Assembly (NCBI GenBank): GCA_002338445.1
Contig: DDII01000042.1
Coordinates: 5,023 to 69,022 of the forward strand
From: Cellvibrionales bacterium UBA1854
GTDB lineage: Bacteria > Pseudomonadota > Gammaproteobacteria > Pseudomonadales > Porticoccaceae
Direction: 5' to 3'
Length of the DNA stretch: 64,000 bases
Shown: positions 20,279 to 30,471 of the stretch, in pieces
Numbering within the stretch: the first letter of the stretch is position 1
Layout of the letters: every line of letters starts with the position of its first letter
Notes under the pieces: generated by a model
What the model saw: the letters and a program-made list of their open reading frames with translations, nothing else
Database searches by the model: none
Told to the model about the DNA's origin: nothing
Position numbers and translations under genes: made by a program

Positions 20279-21502
20279 GTGAAAAAAATACTATTACTCA
20301 ATGTCTTTGGTGTTGATAAACCAGGAATTACTAGTGAGGTCATGACTGTGCTTGCAAGATTTAATGCAGACATTTTAGATATTGGACAGGCAGTCATCCA
20401 TGACCAATTGAATCTGGGTGTTCTCGCGGCTCTAGTTGATGGGCAGACTGAATCGATGGTTGTCTCAAAAATTTCGGAGAGAATGGTGGTATTGGATATG
20501 CGGGTAAAGTGTTTTTCGATTGCGCCTGAACGGTATTCAAATTGGGTTGATCAGCAAGGCAAGCCGAGACATGTTGTTACCTTATTGGCTCGAAAATTAG
20601 AGAGTCGGCATTTGGCAGCCATTACTCAAGTCATGTCTGGTGTTGGTTTGAATATCGATAAGATTACGCGGCTGTCTGGTAGGGTTCCATTAAAAAAAGA
20701 TGAAGTTTTGAGGAGAACTTGCATTGAATTTTCGGCGCGGGGTACACCGAATAATTTGGATCACTTTCGTCGTTCATTATTAGAACTTGCAGGAGCATAT
20801 AATATTGATCTAGCTTACCAAGAGGATAATATTTATCGACGTAATAGACAGTTAATTGTTTTCGACATGGATTCAACCCTCATAGATGCAGAAGTAATTG
20901 ACGAGTTGGCAAAGGAAATGGGCGTAGGCCGTCAGGTAGCATTAATTACGGCCGCAGCAATGCGAGGAGATATCGATTTTGATGAAAGTTTTCGTCAGCG
21001 TTTGGCGCTCATCAAAGGCTTAGATTTTAAAGCTTTAAACTCTGTTGCGAACCGTTTGAGCCTGAATGAGGGAGCTGAATATTTAGTGAGGAGATTGAGT
21101 CAACTTGGATTTAAAACTGCAATAGTATCTGGCGGCTTCGATTACTTCGCACGTTATTTACAGTCGATTTTAGGAGTCGATTATATTTTTGCCAATGAAT
21201 TAGAGATAGAAAAAGGGTTGGTTACTGGGAGAATAAAAGGTCCAATTATTGATGGTCATCGAAAGGCCGAATTGCTGCGAGAATTAGCAAAAAAAGAGGG
21301 ACTGCGATTAGAGCAAGTAATTGCTGTTGGTGACGGCGCTAATGATCTGCCAATGCTAGCTATCGCTGGTTTGGGCATTGCATTTCGAGCGAAGCCGTTA
21401 GTTAAAGCGACAGCGAGACAATCTATCTCAAATCTTGGTTTGGATGGGATTCTATATTTACTTGGATATAGTGACCGCGAGATCAAGTGTTTAGATGATT
21501 GA
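20279..21502 (+). CDS. serB: Phosphoserine phosphatase with N-terminal ACT domains
   Basis: HAD motif I FDMDSTLI and motif III/IV GDGANDLPM. ACT-like N-terminus (LLLNVFGVDKPGITSEV). A GTG at 20279 matches Pseudomonas-type N-termini; the ORF opens at 20231 (TTG). Confidence 0.9.
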   Translation: MKKILLLNVFGVDKPGITSEVMTVLARFNADILDIGQAVIHDQLNLGVLAALVDGQTESMVVSKISERMVVLDMRVKCFSIAPERYSNWVDQQGKPRHVVTLLARKLESRHLAAITQVMSGVGLNIDKITRLSGRVPLKKDEVLRRTCIEFSARGTPNNLDHFRRSLLELAGAYNIDLAYQEDNIYRRNRQLIVFDMDSTLIDAEVIDELAKEMGVGRQVALITAAAMRGDIDFDESFRQRLALIKGLDFKALNSVANRLSLNEGAEYLVRRLSQLGFKTAIVSGGFDYFARYLQSILGVDYIFANELEIEKGLVTGRIKGPIIDGHRKAELLRELAKKEGLRLEQVIAVGDGANDLPMLAIAGLGIAFRAKPLVKATARQSISNLGLDGILYLLGYSDREIKCLDD

Positions 21503-21570
21503 GCAAAATCTAGCTTTAAATGTACTTATATCACATACTGCATATCAAACATTAGCGGAGACCTTAAACT

Positions 21571-22161
21571 ATGACTGTTTACTCAACGAGTGATTTGCGT
21601 TCAGGGTTAAAAGTTATGTTTGAGCGAGAACCTTGTTTAATACTCGAAAATGAATTCGTGAAACCAGGGAAGGGACAAGCCTTTAGTCGTATAAAAATCA
21701 GAAACCTCAGAACGGGCAGAGTGCTTGAGAAAACTCTTAAGTCTGGGGATTCCCTCGAGTCAGCTGATGTTGTTGATACAGAAATGCAATTTTTGTATGA
21801 GGATGGAGAATTTTGGTATTTCATGGAACCAAACACGTTTGAACAATATCAGGCTGACAGTAAAGCGGTAGGGCATGCCTGTAACTGGTTGAGTGAGCAG
21901 GATTTATGTGTAGTGACGCTTTTTAATTCGGTACCGCTGACGATAACGCCTCCAAATCATGTTGAATTAGAAATTAAAGAGACTGATCCGGGATTGCGCG
22001 GAGATACTGCATCGGGCGGTACGAAGCCAGCTGTGTTGAGCACTGGAGCCTTGATAAAAGTACCGCTATTTTTAGAATGTGGAGAGAAAATTCGAGTTGA
22101 TACAAGGTCTGGAGATTATTTAGGTCGAGTAAGGGATTTAAAAAAAATTAAAACTGATTAA
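21571..22161 (+). CDS. efp: Elongation factor P (Lys34 type)
   Basis: 196 aa with the KPGKGQAF loop carrying the modifiable lysine. Confidence 0.95.
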   Translation: MTVYSTSDLRSGLKVMFEREPCLILENEFVKPGKGQAFSRIKIRNLRTGRVLEKTLKSGDSLESADVVDTEMQFLYEDGEFWYFMEPNTFEQYQADSKAVGHACNWLSEQDLCVVTLFNSVPLTITPPNHVELEIKETDPGLRGDTASGGTKPAVLSTGALIKVPLFLECGEKIRVDTRSGDYLGRVRDLKKIKTD

Positions 22162-22171
22162 GGATTTGTTG

Positions 22172-23134
22172 ATGACTACTGAAGTTGCCCAGAATTGGGA
22201 GCCTACAGCTGAAATTTCTGCGTTAGTCGAGAGAAGTCGTATTGTAGCCAAATTGAGAACTTTTTTGACCGACAGAGGTGTTTTAGAGGTGGACGTTCCA
22301 ATTCTGGGAAACTACTCTGTCAGTGACCCTTACATTGACAGTTTTGAAGTCCTTAATGAGCGTGTTGAAGGTTTTTTACAAACCTCACCAGAGTCATTTA
22401 TGAAACGTTTACTGGCGGCAGGTAGTGGAGATATATTTTTCCTAGGTAAGGCTTTTAGGGCAGGAGAAATTGGAGTTAATCATAATCCAGAATTTACCAT
22501 GCTGGAGTGGTACAGAGTGGAATGGAACGAGCATGAATTAATGGCTGAAATCGCCGAGCTTATAAATATACTGGCGCCAAACATTGGCTGTTTGACAATG
22601 AGTTATAGAGATGCCTTTAAGCAACACTTGGGCATAGATCCGCACGATGCATGTTTATCAAATTTGCAGAGACATGTTTCCTCAATTGCTGGACGTAAAT
22701 GGAGGCCAGAATCACGTTTCAATTGTTTAAATTTCCTTTTTGCAAATGTTATTGAACCCAAGCTTCCGAGAGGCTTGGTATTCTTGTATGACTACCCCGA
22801 GTGTCATGCTGCTTTTGCTCAGTTGCATTGCAACCGAGAGGGTCAGCTTGTAAGCAGGCGGTTTGAGGTTTACTTGAACCGCTTAGAGTTGGCGAATGGT
22901 TATTTCGAGTTAACTGACCCAAAAGAGCAACATCGTAGGTTCGACAGGGATAAACGGGCGAGAATTGCGATGAATAAAAAAATCCTAGAGGAAGACGAAA
23001 GTGCTTTGGCAGCTTTGAATGTTGGACTACCCAGTTGCGCGGGCGTCGCCTTGGGTGTTGATAGATTAATCATGCAGCTTCTAGATAAAAATAGCATTCA
23101 ACAAATAATGGCATTTAGCTGGGCCCAACGATAA
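22172..23134 (+). CDS. epmA: EF-P-lysine lysyltransferase (GenX/PoxA)
   Basis: Class II LysRS-like catalytic core without an anticodon domain (FRAGE..., HNPEFTMLEWY, ELANGY, GVALGVDRL). Directly downstream of efp. Confidence 0.9.
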   Translation: MTTEVAQNWEPTAEISALVERSRIVAKLRTFLTDRGVLEVDVPILGNYSVSDPYIDSFEVLNERVEGFLQTSPESFMKRLLAAGSGDIFFLGKAFRAGEIGVNHNPEFTMLEWYRVEWNEHELMAEIAELINILAPNIGCLTMSYRDAFKQHLGIDPHDACLSNLQRHVSSIAGRKWRPESRFNCLNFLFANVIEPKLPRGLVFLYDYPECHAAFAQLHCNREGQLVSRRFEVYLNRLELANGYFELTDPKEQHRRFDRDKRARIAMNKKILEEDESALAALNVGLPSCAGVALGVDRLIMQLLDKNSIQQIMAFSWAQR

Positions 23135-23165
23135 AGAGTAAAATGCAGTGATATCAAAGTAATTA

Positions 23166-23963
23166 CTAGACCTCAAAATAATGATTCATATCCAAAGCAG
23201 GGTGTTCTGAGAGAGCGGTTCCTATTGTCTGGCCGGGCACACCTACAACCAAGGAGTGGGGCCTCACTGATTTTAACACAACACTACAAGCTCCAATCAT
23301 GGATCCCTCACCTATTTCAATATTTCCGAGAATTTTTGCACCTGCACCAATAAGTACTCCGCACCGAATTTTAGGATGGCGCTCTCCATCCTCCTTACCA
23401 GTTCCTCCGAGAGTTACACCTTGCATAATTGAGACACAATCCTCTACAACTGCAGTTTCTCCCACTACTAAGCCAGTGGCATGATCTAGCATTACAGAGG
23501 CCCCAATTTTAGCTGCTGGATGAATGTCTACTCCATAATATCTTGAAGTATTTGATTGAATCAAAAGAGCAAGCACCTTAAAGCCATCGCACCACAAGCT
23601 GTGCGCTAATCGGTGGGCTTGGAGAGCTAAAAAACCGTTATAAAAGAGAAATGCCTCTAGATTGGAATTACATGCTGAATCTCTGTTGTTAATGGCCAAT
23701 ATGTCCAGAGTTGCTGATTTTACTCTGTGTGCCTTTTGGTTTTGAGTCAAGTGATAGTTCAAAAGATCTTCAGGTAAATGATCATTCATAAGTGCGTTCA
23801 ATAAACGGCAATGAAGAGCCGTTTCAAAATCTTTGTGGTTTAAAACTGTTCGATTCAAAAACATCCCAAGTAAAGGTTCATTTTTTATTACAGCTTTCGC
23901 TTCTGCGGTTATGTTTTGCCACACTTCGTTCATAAAATTTGCTGGTTCAGATTTCATTGCCAA
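23166..23963 (-). CDS. cysE: Serine O-acetyltransferase (copy 2)
   Basis: Colinear with E. coli CysE (VWQNITAEAK, FLFYNGFLALQAHRLAHSLW, VDIHPAAKIGASVMLDHATGLVVGETAVVEDCVSIMQGVTLGGTGKEDGERHPKI). Confidence 0.9.
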   Translation of the reverse strand: MAMKSEPANFMNEVWQNITAEAKAVIKNEPLLGMFLNRTVLNHKDFETALHCRLLNALMNDHLPEDLLNYHLTQNQKAHRVKSATLDILAINNRDSACNSNLEAFLFYNGFLALQAHRLAHSLWCDGFKVLALLIQSNTSRYYGVDIHPAAKIGASVMLDHATGLVVGETAVVEDCVSIMQGVTLGGTGKEDGERHPKIRCGVLIGAGAKILGNIEIGEGSMIGACSVVLKSVRPHSLVVGVPGQTIGTALSEHPALDMNHYFEV

Positions 23964-24127
23964 TGATAAGCCAAAAGTGGTTGTTGATTCTTTTCTTTTT
24001 TTTGTAGTTTTTAAGAATACGAATTACCATATTAAGTCTCAATCCATGTGCATGTTTAGCCAAAATCCTGTTTGATAAATTATGAAAGAAATCAGAAATT
24101 TAAAAATTCGGTCAACGGAGTCTCATG

Positions 24128-24664
24128 CTAGACGGCACTTTTAAAATTAAAAGCTGGTTTGGACGGTTTATGAATGCTGTTTTCATCTTTACTATCAACG
24201 TTTTGGTCAGTGATTCCCGGATTTTGTTCACTGTCTTGAAGGCCATATTCTTCGCTGAGAATTCCTCCGGGAACCTTAGGCGCATAATCTTTAGGGGGCT
24301 CGACTCTTGCTTTTTGAGAGCTTGAAGATTCTTTAAAGTGGTCTGGAAAGAAATATGATCCATGATTTTGCAGAATTTGGTTGCTAATTTCTTGGCTTGC
24401 AAGACGGGTGGAGCTAATTGCAACTTGTTCATGAATTTCTTGATAATATTTTGCTACTTTGCGAGTTTGTTGGGACAGATTGATCATATGTTGATTAACC
24501 GAATCTTGGTATTCTGCGTATTCTTTTTGAATCCTCGTCAATTCTTCAGACGTGTTTCTGCTAGACTCCGTGCTTTTTGAAAATTTGTATTTGGCAAAAT
24601 AACCAAGAGTGATCCCGGCAATGAATGTCATGGCTAGAATTAAGATAGTTTCTGTGTTTAACAT
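24128..24664 (-). CDS. zapG: YhcB/ZapG family inner-membrane protein (DUF1043)
   Basis: N-terminal TM helix, coiled-coil segment and PKDY motif as in E. coli YhcB (PRDY). Divergent from zapE, as in E. coli. Confidence 0.7.
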   Translation of the reverse strand: MLNTETILILAMTFIAGITLGYFAKYKFSKSTESSRNTSEELTRIQKEYAEYQDSVNQHMINLSQQTRKVAKYYQEIHEQVAISSTRLASQEISNQILQNHGSYFFPDHFKESSSSQKARVEPPKDYAPKVPGGILSEEYGLQDSEQNPGITDQNVDSKDENSIHKPSKPAFNFKSAV

Positions 24665-24857
24665 TAAGAGAGCCTCAAAAAACTTTTGTGTAGTTTCGTT
24701 TAAAATTACTTAATTTAGCAACAAGTATTTACGATACACCTAGAACACTTAATTTTAAACTTATTTGGGTGTGTAGTAATTACCTTCGACTAATTGCGTA
24801 AATTTGGCCCTTAAGTTTAAATTATACAAATTTCAGAGGCGTGTCTAAAAGTTGAGT

Positions 24858-25958
24858 ATGTCAAGTCCAAGAGAACTTTATTTAGAAGACGTAAGACTCA
24901 ATAGTGTGTCTTTGGATCATTCTCAATTGGAAGTTATTGACGGCCTTGACAAGCTCTACCATAAGTTAAAATCACCAGCGTTACCGAATTTCACTGCTGC
25001 CAAACGCTTTCTTAACTGGTCTGGATTTTTGAAACGGGAAAAGGGACTCTATTTATGGGGTAGTGTTGGTCGCGGAAAGACATATTTGATGGATATTTTT
25101 TTTGAAGCTCTCCCTTTTCAAAATAAAATGAGGACACACTTTTATCGTTTTATGAAAATGGTACACGATGAATTGAGGCTCTGTAACGGTAGTCCTAATC
25201 CAATAAACATGGTAGCGAATCGATTAGCCAAAAAGGTCAGGGTTGTATGTCTCGATGAATTTTTCGTGAATGACATAACTGATGCTATGATACTGGGCTT
25301 GTTATTAGATGCTTTATTCGCTAAAGATGTCTGTATGGTGTTTACCTCAAATAGCTGCCCTGATGATCTTTACTTAAATGGTCTTCAACGACAACGCTTC
25401 ATTCCTGCGATTCAACTTCTTAAATTGAATTGTACCGTTTATAACCTCAAGGGAACAATTGATTATCGACGAAGAGCTCTTACCCAAGCACCGCTATTTT
25501 ACAGCCCGCTCTGCTTTAGTTCGGATCATGCGCTAACCATATTATTCGACAATTTATTAAACGAAAATTGTCAAGTTTTAGAGACCACTACGGTTCAAAT
25601 CGCGAAGCGGGAGATTCAGGCATACCGACTTTGTGACAAACAAGCTTGGTTCAAGTTTTCCGATTTGTGTGAAGGACCGAGAAGTCAACTTGACTATATC
25701 GAGATTGCCTGCCTTTTTCACACGATTTTTATATCTGGAGTGCCAGAGATGAATGAAACCAAACAAGATGTCACTCGTCGCTTCATATGCATGGTGGATG
25801 AATTTTATGATCGCGGGGTAAAGTTGGTTATATCGGCAGAATTACCTTTGGAAAGATTTAATTGCGGAGGGGTTTTATCCTCAGAGTTTCAGCGGACTAA
25901 AAGCCGTTTGATCGAGATGCAAAGTCATAAGTATTTATCCAAAGGACATCGCCGGTAG
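24858..25958 (+). CDS. zapE: Cell division protein ZapE (AFG1-like ATPase, YhcM)
   Basis: Walker [13 protein letters not shown] and Walker B VVCLDEF. Upstream of rplM-rpsI, as in E. coli. Confidence 0.88.
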   Translation: MSSPRELYLEDVRLNSVSLDHSQLEVIDGLDKLYHKLKSPALPNFTAAKRFLNWSGFLKREKGLYLWGSVGRGKTYLMDIFFEALPFQNKMRTHFYRFMKMVHDELRLCNGSPNPINMVANRLAKKVRVVCLDEFFVNDITDAMILGLLLDALFAKDVCMVFTSNSCPDDLYLNGLQRQRFIPAIQLLKLNCTVYNLKGTIDYRRRALTQAPLFYSPLCFSSDHALTILFDNLLNENCQVLETTTVQIAKREIQAYRLCDKQAWFKFSDLCEGPRSQLDYIEIACLFHTIFISGVPEMNETKQDVTRRFICMVDEFYDRGVKLVISAELPLERFNCGGVLSSEFQRTKSRLIEMQSHKYLSKGHRR

Positions 25959-26073
25959 TTTCTGGGTTACCTTTGCTGATAAATTGATTAACTCTTTACC
26001 AGTGGGACTTGTAAAAAATAATCAAGTCGTTACAATCCCTCCGAAGATAACACGCACCCCATTGGTCGATCAC

Positions 26074-26523
26074 ATGAAAACTTACATGGCTAAAAACGAG
26101 AGCATACAACGCTGTTGGTACCTTGTGGATGCTGACTCACTAAAACTTGGAAGACTAGCAGTCGCGATAGCGTCTTACCTTCGAGGAAAGCACAAGCCTG
26201 AATATACTCCGCATGTTGATACCGGCGATTATGTTATAGTGATTAATGCGGAAAAGATTATTGTTACAGGAAATAAAGAAAAAAATAAAATTTATTATTC
26301 TCATACTGGGTATCCAGGGGGTATCAAAGAGATTAATTATGGCGATCTCAATAAAAAGTCGCCTCAAAAAGCTATTCGATTGGCTGTGAAAGGTATGATG
26401 CCTCGTGGGCCGTTGGGAAGGGAAATGCTTAAAAAGTTGAGAGTCTATGCTGGAGATGCTCACCGCCATGGAGCGCAGCAGCCACAGAGGCTGGATCTTA
26501 AAGGAATGAGTAGTGTCATTTAA
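26074..26523 (+). CDS. rplM: 50S ribosomal protein L13
   Basis: Colinear with E. coli L13 from MKTYMAK...RCWYLVDA. The ORF track extends 30 codons further upstream, which is not conserved. Confidence 0.95.
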   Translation: MKTYMAKNESIQRCWYLVDADSLKLGRLAVAIASYLRGKHKPEYTPHVDTGDYVIVINAEKIIVTGNKEKNKIYYSHTGYPGGIKEINYGDLNKKSPQKAIRLAVKGMMPRGPLGREMLKKLRVYAGDAHRHGAQQPQRLDLKGMSSVI

Positions 26524-26905
26524 TCATTATTATGGGACGGGTAGACGAAAAACGTCTTCCGCGAGAGTCTTCATGACTTTGGGCATTGGTGACATCAGAA
26601 TAAACGATAGATCACTTGAAACTTATTTTGGCAGAGAGGTGGCACGAATGATCGTCAGACAACCGCTTGACGTCGTTGAGGCGCCTCAAACCTTTGATAT
26701 CAAAATTACCGTAAATGGTGGTGGAAGTTTTGGACAAGCTGGCGCAATCAGACACGGTATTGCGCGCGCACTAGTGAAATATGATGAAAGTTTTCGCGCA
26801 CCTCTCCGGAGAGCAGGATTTCTTACAAGGGATGCAAGGCAAGTAGAGCGAAAAAAAGTGGGTCTTCATAAAGCCCGTAAGCGACCTCAATTCTCCAAAA
26901 GGTAG
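26513..26905 (+). CDS. rpsI: 30S ribosomal protein S9
   Basis: [15 protein letters not shown] near the N-terminus and C-terminal [13 protein letters not shown] start overlapping the rplM end. Confidence 0.95.
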   Translation: MSFNHYYGTGRRKTSSARVFMTLGIGDIRINDRSLETYFGREVARMIVRQPLDVVEAPQTFDIKITVNGGGSFGQAGAIRHGIARALVKYDESFRAPLRRAGFLTRDARQVERKKVGLHKARKRPQFSKR

Positions 26906-27086
26906 GCTGATTTATTTGGTTATTAAACCTCATTATCACGGTATTTTTCTTTAAATTCATAGATTTGCGGCGTTTAATGTTCCCATACTGTATTGCGTTG
27001 TAAGGGCACTTCAATTATCATATTAACGATATGGAGCGCGGAATATCTCGATTCGCGTTATCATTAGATTGGGAGGTATTACTCCA

Positions 27087-27722
27087 GTGGATATTAAGCA
27101 AGGAATTGTTTCTGATCACTCTGCCATTCCTGTTAACTCAACTCGGCGCAAATTTTTAGCGGGTGCTACGTCTGTCCTGGGCGGAATAGGTTTAATAGGA
27201 GCTTCGGTGCCTTTTGTTGCATCCTGGAAACCAAGTGCTAAAGCAAAAGCGGCGGGAGCACCCGTTAGGATTGACATAGAGAAGCTTGAGCCCGGCGGGA
27301 GAATTGTAGTGGAGTGGCGCGGAAAACCGGTTTATGTTATCCGAAGAACCAAAGAGGCACTGGATTCTGTTGCTAATTTCCCTCAACAAGCACTCAAAGA
27401 CTCGGACTCTGTGGCTGCGAATCAGCCAAGTTATGTTAGTGGTTTTGCACGAACACAACCCGGCAAGGAAGAATACCTGGTGCTAATTGGGTTGTGCACT
27501 CATCTCGGTTGCGCACCCATTTATCGCCCAGAAGTTGGAGCTGAAGATCTTGGTGGTGATTCTTGGCTTGGGGGATTCTTTTGTCCCTGTCATGGATCTA
27601 AATTCGATTTATCTGGACGAGTTTTTGCGGGAGTTCCTGCACCCACTAATCTAGAAATTCCGCCTCACTCGTATGAAACAGACTCAATTATTGTAATTGG
27701 AATTGACGCGGAGACCGCCTGA
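27087..27722 (+). CDS. petA: Ubiquinol-cytochrome c reductase Rieske iron-sulfur subunit
   Basis: Tat-like signal (TRRKFL) and Rieske boxes CTHLGC and CPCHGS. A GTG at 27087 is preceded by GGGAGG; the ORF opens at 27069. Confidence 0.92.
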   Translation: MDIKQGIVSDHSAIPVNSTRRKFLAGATSVLGGIGLIGASVPFVASWKPSAKAKAAGAPVRIDIEKLEPGGRIVVEWRGKPVYVIRRTKEALDSVANFPQQALKDSDSVAANQPSYVSGFARTQPGKEEYLVLIGLCTHLGCAPIYRPEVGAEDLGGDSWLGGFFCPCHGSKFDLSGRVFAGVPAPTNLEIPPHSYETDSIIVIGIDAETA

Positions 27723-29755
27723 TGGATAAGCATCCAGATTTTGCGAGCTGGCTAGATGCTAGGCTACCCACTCTAAAAAGAGAGTGGAATCGGCATATGG
27801 CCGAATATTATGCCCCAAAAAATTTTAACTGGATGTATTATTTTGGAGTATTGTCAATCGTAGTACTTTTGATCCAATTGGTTACTGGTGTCTGGTTACT
27901 TATGAGCTATCAAGGTTCTGCAGAACAGGCATTTGCATCAGTAGAGTACATAATGCGAGATGTAGAGTATGGCTGGATAATACGATATGCACATTCGACT
28001 GGAGCATCGGCGTTTTTTATTGTGGTGTACATGCATATGTTCCGTGGTTTAGTTTACGGTTCATACAAAGCTCCAAGAGAATTAGTTTGGGTTTTTGGCA
28101 TGTCTATCTATGTTGTGCTAATGGCAGAAGCGTTCCTTGGTTATGTGCTCCCTTGGGGTCAAATGTCTTATTGGGGCGCTCAGGTGATAATTTCGTTATT
28201 TGGAGCGATTCCGATTGTTGGAGAGGATCTAGTGCAATGGATCCGCGGTGATTATCTGATCTCAGGTATCACTCTTAACCGTTTTATGTCACTTCATGTA
28301 GTTGCCATGCCAATAATTTTAATAGCACTTGTTGCCATGCATATTATAGCGTTGCATGATGTAGGGTCTAATAATCCAGATGGAGTTTCGATTAAGAAGT
28401 ATACTGACGCTGCTGGCAAGCCTATTGACGGAATTCCATTTTACCCATATTTCGTAATTCATGACTTGGTCCCAATAACTGTTTTTTTGTTTGCGTTTTG
28501 CTCAGTCTTATTTTTTATGCCAGAAATGGGAGGATACTTTCTAGAACACGCAAATTTTGAGATAGCAAATTCGCTGAAAACCCCAGAGCACATTGCCCCA
28601 GTTTGGTATTTTACGCCCTACTACTCGATGTTGAGGGCAGTGCCCGATAAGTTGGGAGGTTTCGTCACAATGGCCGCAGCAATTGCCATACTATTCGTTT
28701 TACCGTGGCTTGATCGAAGCCCAGTCAGATCAATGCGGTATAAAGGGAATGTGAGTCGAGTGATGATTCTTCTATTTGTTACTAGCTTTATCATCCTGGG
28801 TTTTCTTGGCGTAAAAGCCCCTACTCCAGCTCGCACAATATTAGCTCAAATATGTACTATTATTTATTTCTCATACTTTATCGGCATTTATTTTTGGACG
28901 CGTTATGAGAAAACTCGCATCGAACCAGACAGAATAACGATGGATGGAGGAATTGGCACATTTAAAACGTTATGCGGCTTCGGCTTAGTAGCGTTTTTAG
29001 TTTTTGTGCCACTACGCGTTGTCGGCGCAGAAGGCAAAGATTGTGGCACAATCAATTGTGATAACTTCCGGTCCAGCTTGGGTGATGAGGCGTCTTTACA
29101 AAAAGGGGCAAAGCTTGCTGTTAATTATTGCATGGGCTGTCATTCTTTCAAGTACTCGCGTTGGGAGCGAGTGGCAGATGATTTGACGATACCGCATGAC
29201 TTAATGATGAAAAATTTGGTATTTACGGAACAGAAGATTGGCGATTTGATGCATATCGGTATGAGCGAGGAGAAAGCTGCATCTTGGTTCGGCGCGGCAC
29301 CTCCCGATTTGACCCTTGTCGCGCGATCTAGATCGCCGGCATGGATATACACTTACCTCAGAAACTTCTATGCTGATGACTCTCGTCCTTTAGGTGTCAA
29401 CAACAGAGTGTATAAAGATGTAGGAATGCCTCATGCATTGTTGGACCTACAGGGACTAACTAAATGTGCTCCAGGCCCCGTTCTGGCGAGCAACGGAGGG
29501 GTGAAAAGAGACCTGCTCACTGGTGAGGATTTGTTAGATGATGCTTGCGGGCGTTTTGAACAAATTTCCGAAGGAAGTCTCTCCCCGTCCGAGTTTGATG
29601 ATGCTGTTTATAACTTGGTAAATTTTCTAACCTACATTGCAGAGCCGATGGCACAGCAGCGCCAGCACATTGGAAAGTTGGTGCTTTTTTTCTTGGCATT
29701 ATTACTTGTATTCGTCTACCTTCTGAACCGAGAATATTGGAAGGGCATCCATTAG
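27722..29755 (+). CDS. petBC: Fused cytochrome b / cytochrome c1 of the bc1 complex (single 677-aa ORF)
   Basis: The N-terminal part (about 400 aa) is typical cytochrome b (RYAHSTGASAFF, PWGQMSYWGAQVI, PEWYF-like PVWYFTPYY). An internal hydrophobic signal-like segment follows. The c1 part has CMGCH heme motif, APPDLTL and a C-terminal TM anchor. ATG overlaps the petA TGA by 1 nt. Confidence 0.9.
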   Translation: MDKHPDFASWLDARLPTLKREWNRHMAEYYAPKNFNWMYYFGVLSIVVLLIQLVTGVWLLMSYQGSAEQAFASVEYIMRDVEYGWIIRYAHSTGASAFFIVVYMHMFRGLVYGSYKAPRELVWVFGMSIYVVLMAEAFLGYVLPWGQMSYWGAQVIISLFGAIPIVGEDLVQWIRGDYLISGITLNRFMSLHVVAMPIILIALVAMHIIALHDVGSNNPDGVSIKKYTDAAGKPIDGIPFYPYFVIHDLVPITVFLFAFCSVLFFMPEMGGYFLEHANFEIANSLKTPEHIAPVWYFTPYYSMLRAVPDKLGGFVTMAAAIAILFVLPWLDRSPVRSMRYKGNVSRVMILLFVTSFIILGFLGVKAPTPARTILAQICTIIYFSYFIGIYFWTRYEKTRIEPDRITMDGGIGTFKTLCGFGLVAFLVFVPLRVVGAEGKDCGTINCDNFRSSLGDEASLQKGAKLAVNYCMGCHSFKYSRWERVADDLTIPHDLMMKNLVFTEQKIGDLMHIGMSEEKAASWFGAAPPDLTLVARSRSPAWIYTYLRNFYADDSRPLGVNNRVYKDVGMPHALLDLQGLTKCAPGPVLASNGGVKRDLLTGEDLLDDACGRFEQISEGSLSPSEFDDAVYNLVNFLTYIAEPMAQQRQHIGKLVLFFLALLLVFVYLLNREYWKGIH

Positions 29756-29837
29756 AGATAGGTAGAGCGATGCTACGTCGCTATGCTTGAAACTCATAAT
29801 TGAGTATATTAATGTTTTTTTTGTTTAAGGGGTTAAT

Positions 29838-30458
29838 GTGAGACGTTCGTCAATGACGTTATTCTCTAATCCGGTTTGTCAATATAGCCATCGCGTCCGT
29901 TTAGTATTGGCAGAAAAAGGAGTGACTGTAGATATCGAGGATGTGAGTGCTAACCATGTAACTGAGGAGATCTTCGAGGCCAATCCTTACGGAAGTCTCC
30001 CAACGTTGGTAGACAGAGACCTGGCACTTTATGAATCCAAGGTTGTTATGGAGTATTTAGATGAGCGTTTTCCGCATCCGCCGCTCTTACCGGTGTACCC
30101 CGTTGCACGGGCCCAAAGCAGGCTTTGGATTTTCCGAATTGAGAAAGACTGGTGTAGCCTTTCAGACATCATTTTATCGGATCCGAATGGTGATTCCGGA
30201 TGGACTGCTCGAAAAGAACTCAAAGAATCTCTTATTGGCGTTTCATCGATTTTCTCGGACCTTCCATTTTTTATGAGTGAGGATTACACTCTTGTAGATT
30301 GTTGCTTGGCTCCTTTATTGTGGAGGTTGTCGCAACTGGGAATTGAAATTCCCGAAACGTCTCAAACTCAGCCATTGCGAGATTACATGAAACGAGTGTT
30401 CGAGAGAAGTGCGTTTGATGAGAGTCTAACTGATTTGGAACGCGAGTTAAAAATGTAA
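29838..30458 (+). CDS. sspA: Stringent starvation protein A
   Basis: Colinear with E. coli SspA (MTLFS, VRLVLAEKGV, MEYLDERFPHPPLLPVYPVAR, LVDCCLAPLLWRL). Confidence 0.95.
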   Translation: MRRSSMTLFSNPVCQYSHRVRLVLAEKGVTVDIEDVSANHVTEEIFEANPYGSLPTLVDRDLALYESKVVMEYLDERFPHPPLLPVYPVARAQSRLWIFRIEKDWCSLSDIILSDPNGDSGWTARKELKESLIGVSSIFSDLPFFMSEDYTLVDCCLAPLLWRLSQLGIEIPETSQTQPLRDYMKRVFERSAFDESLTDLERELKM

Positions 30459-30471
30459 AAAGGACACAAGC

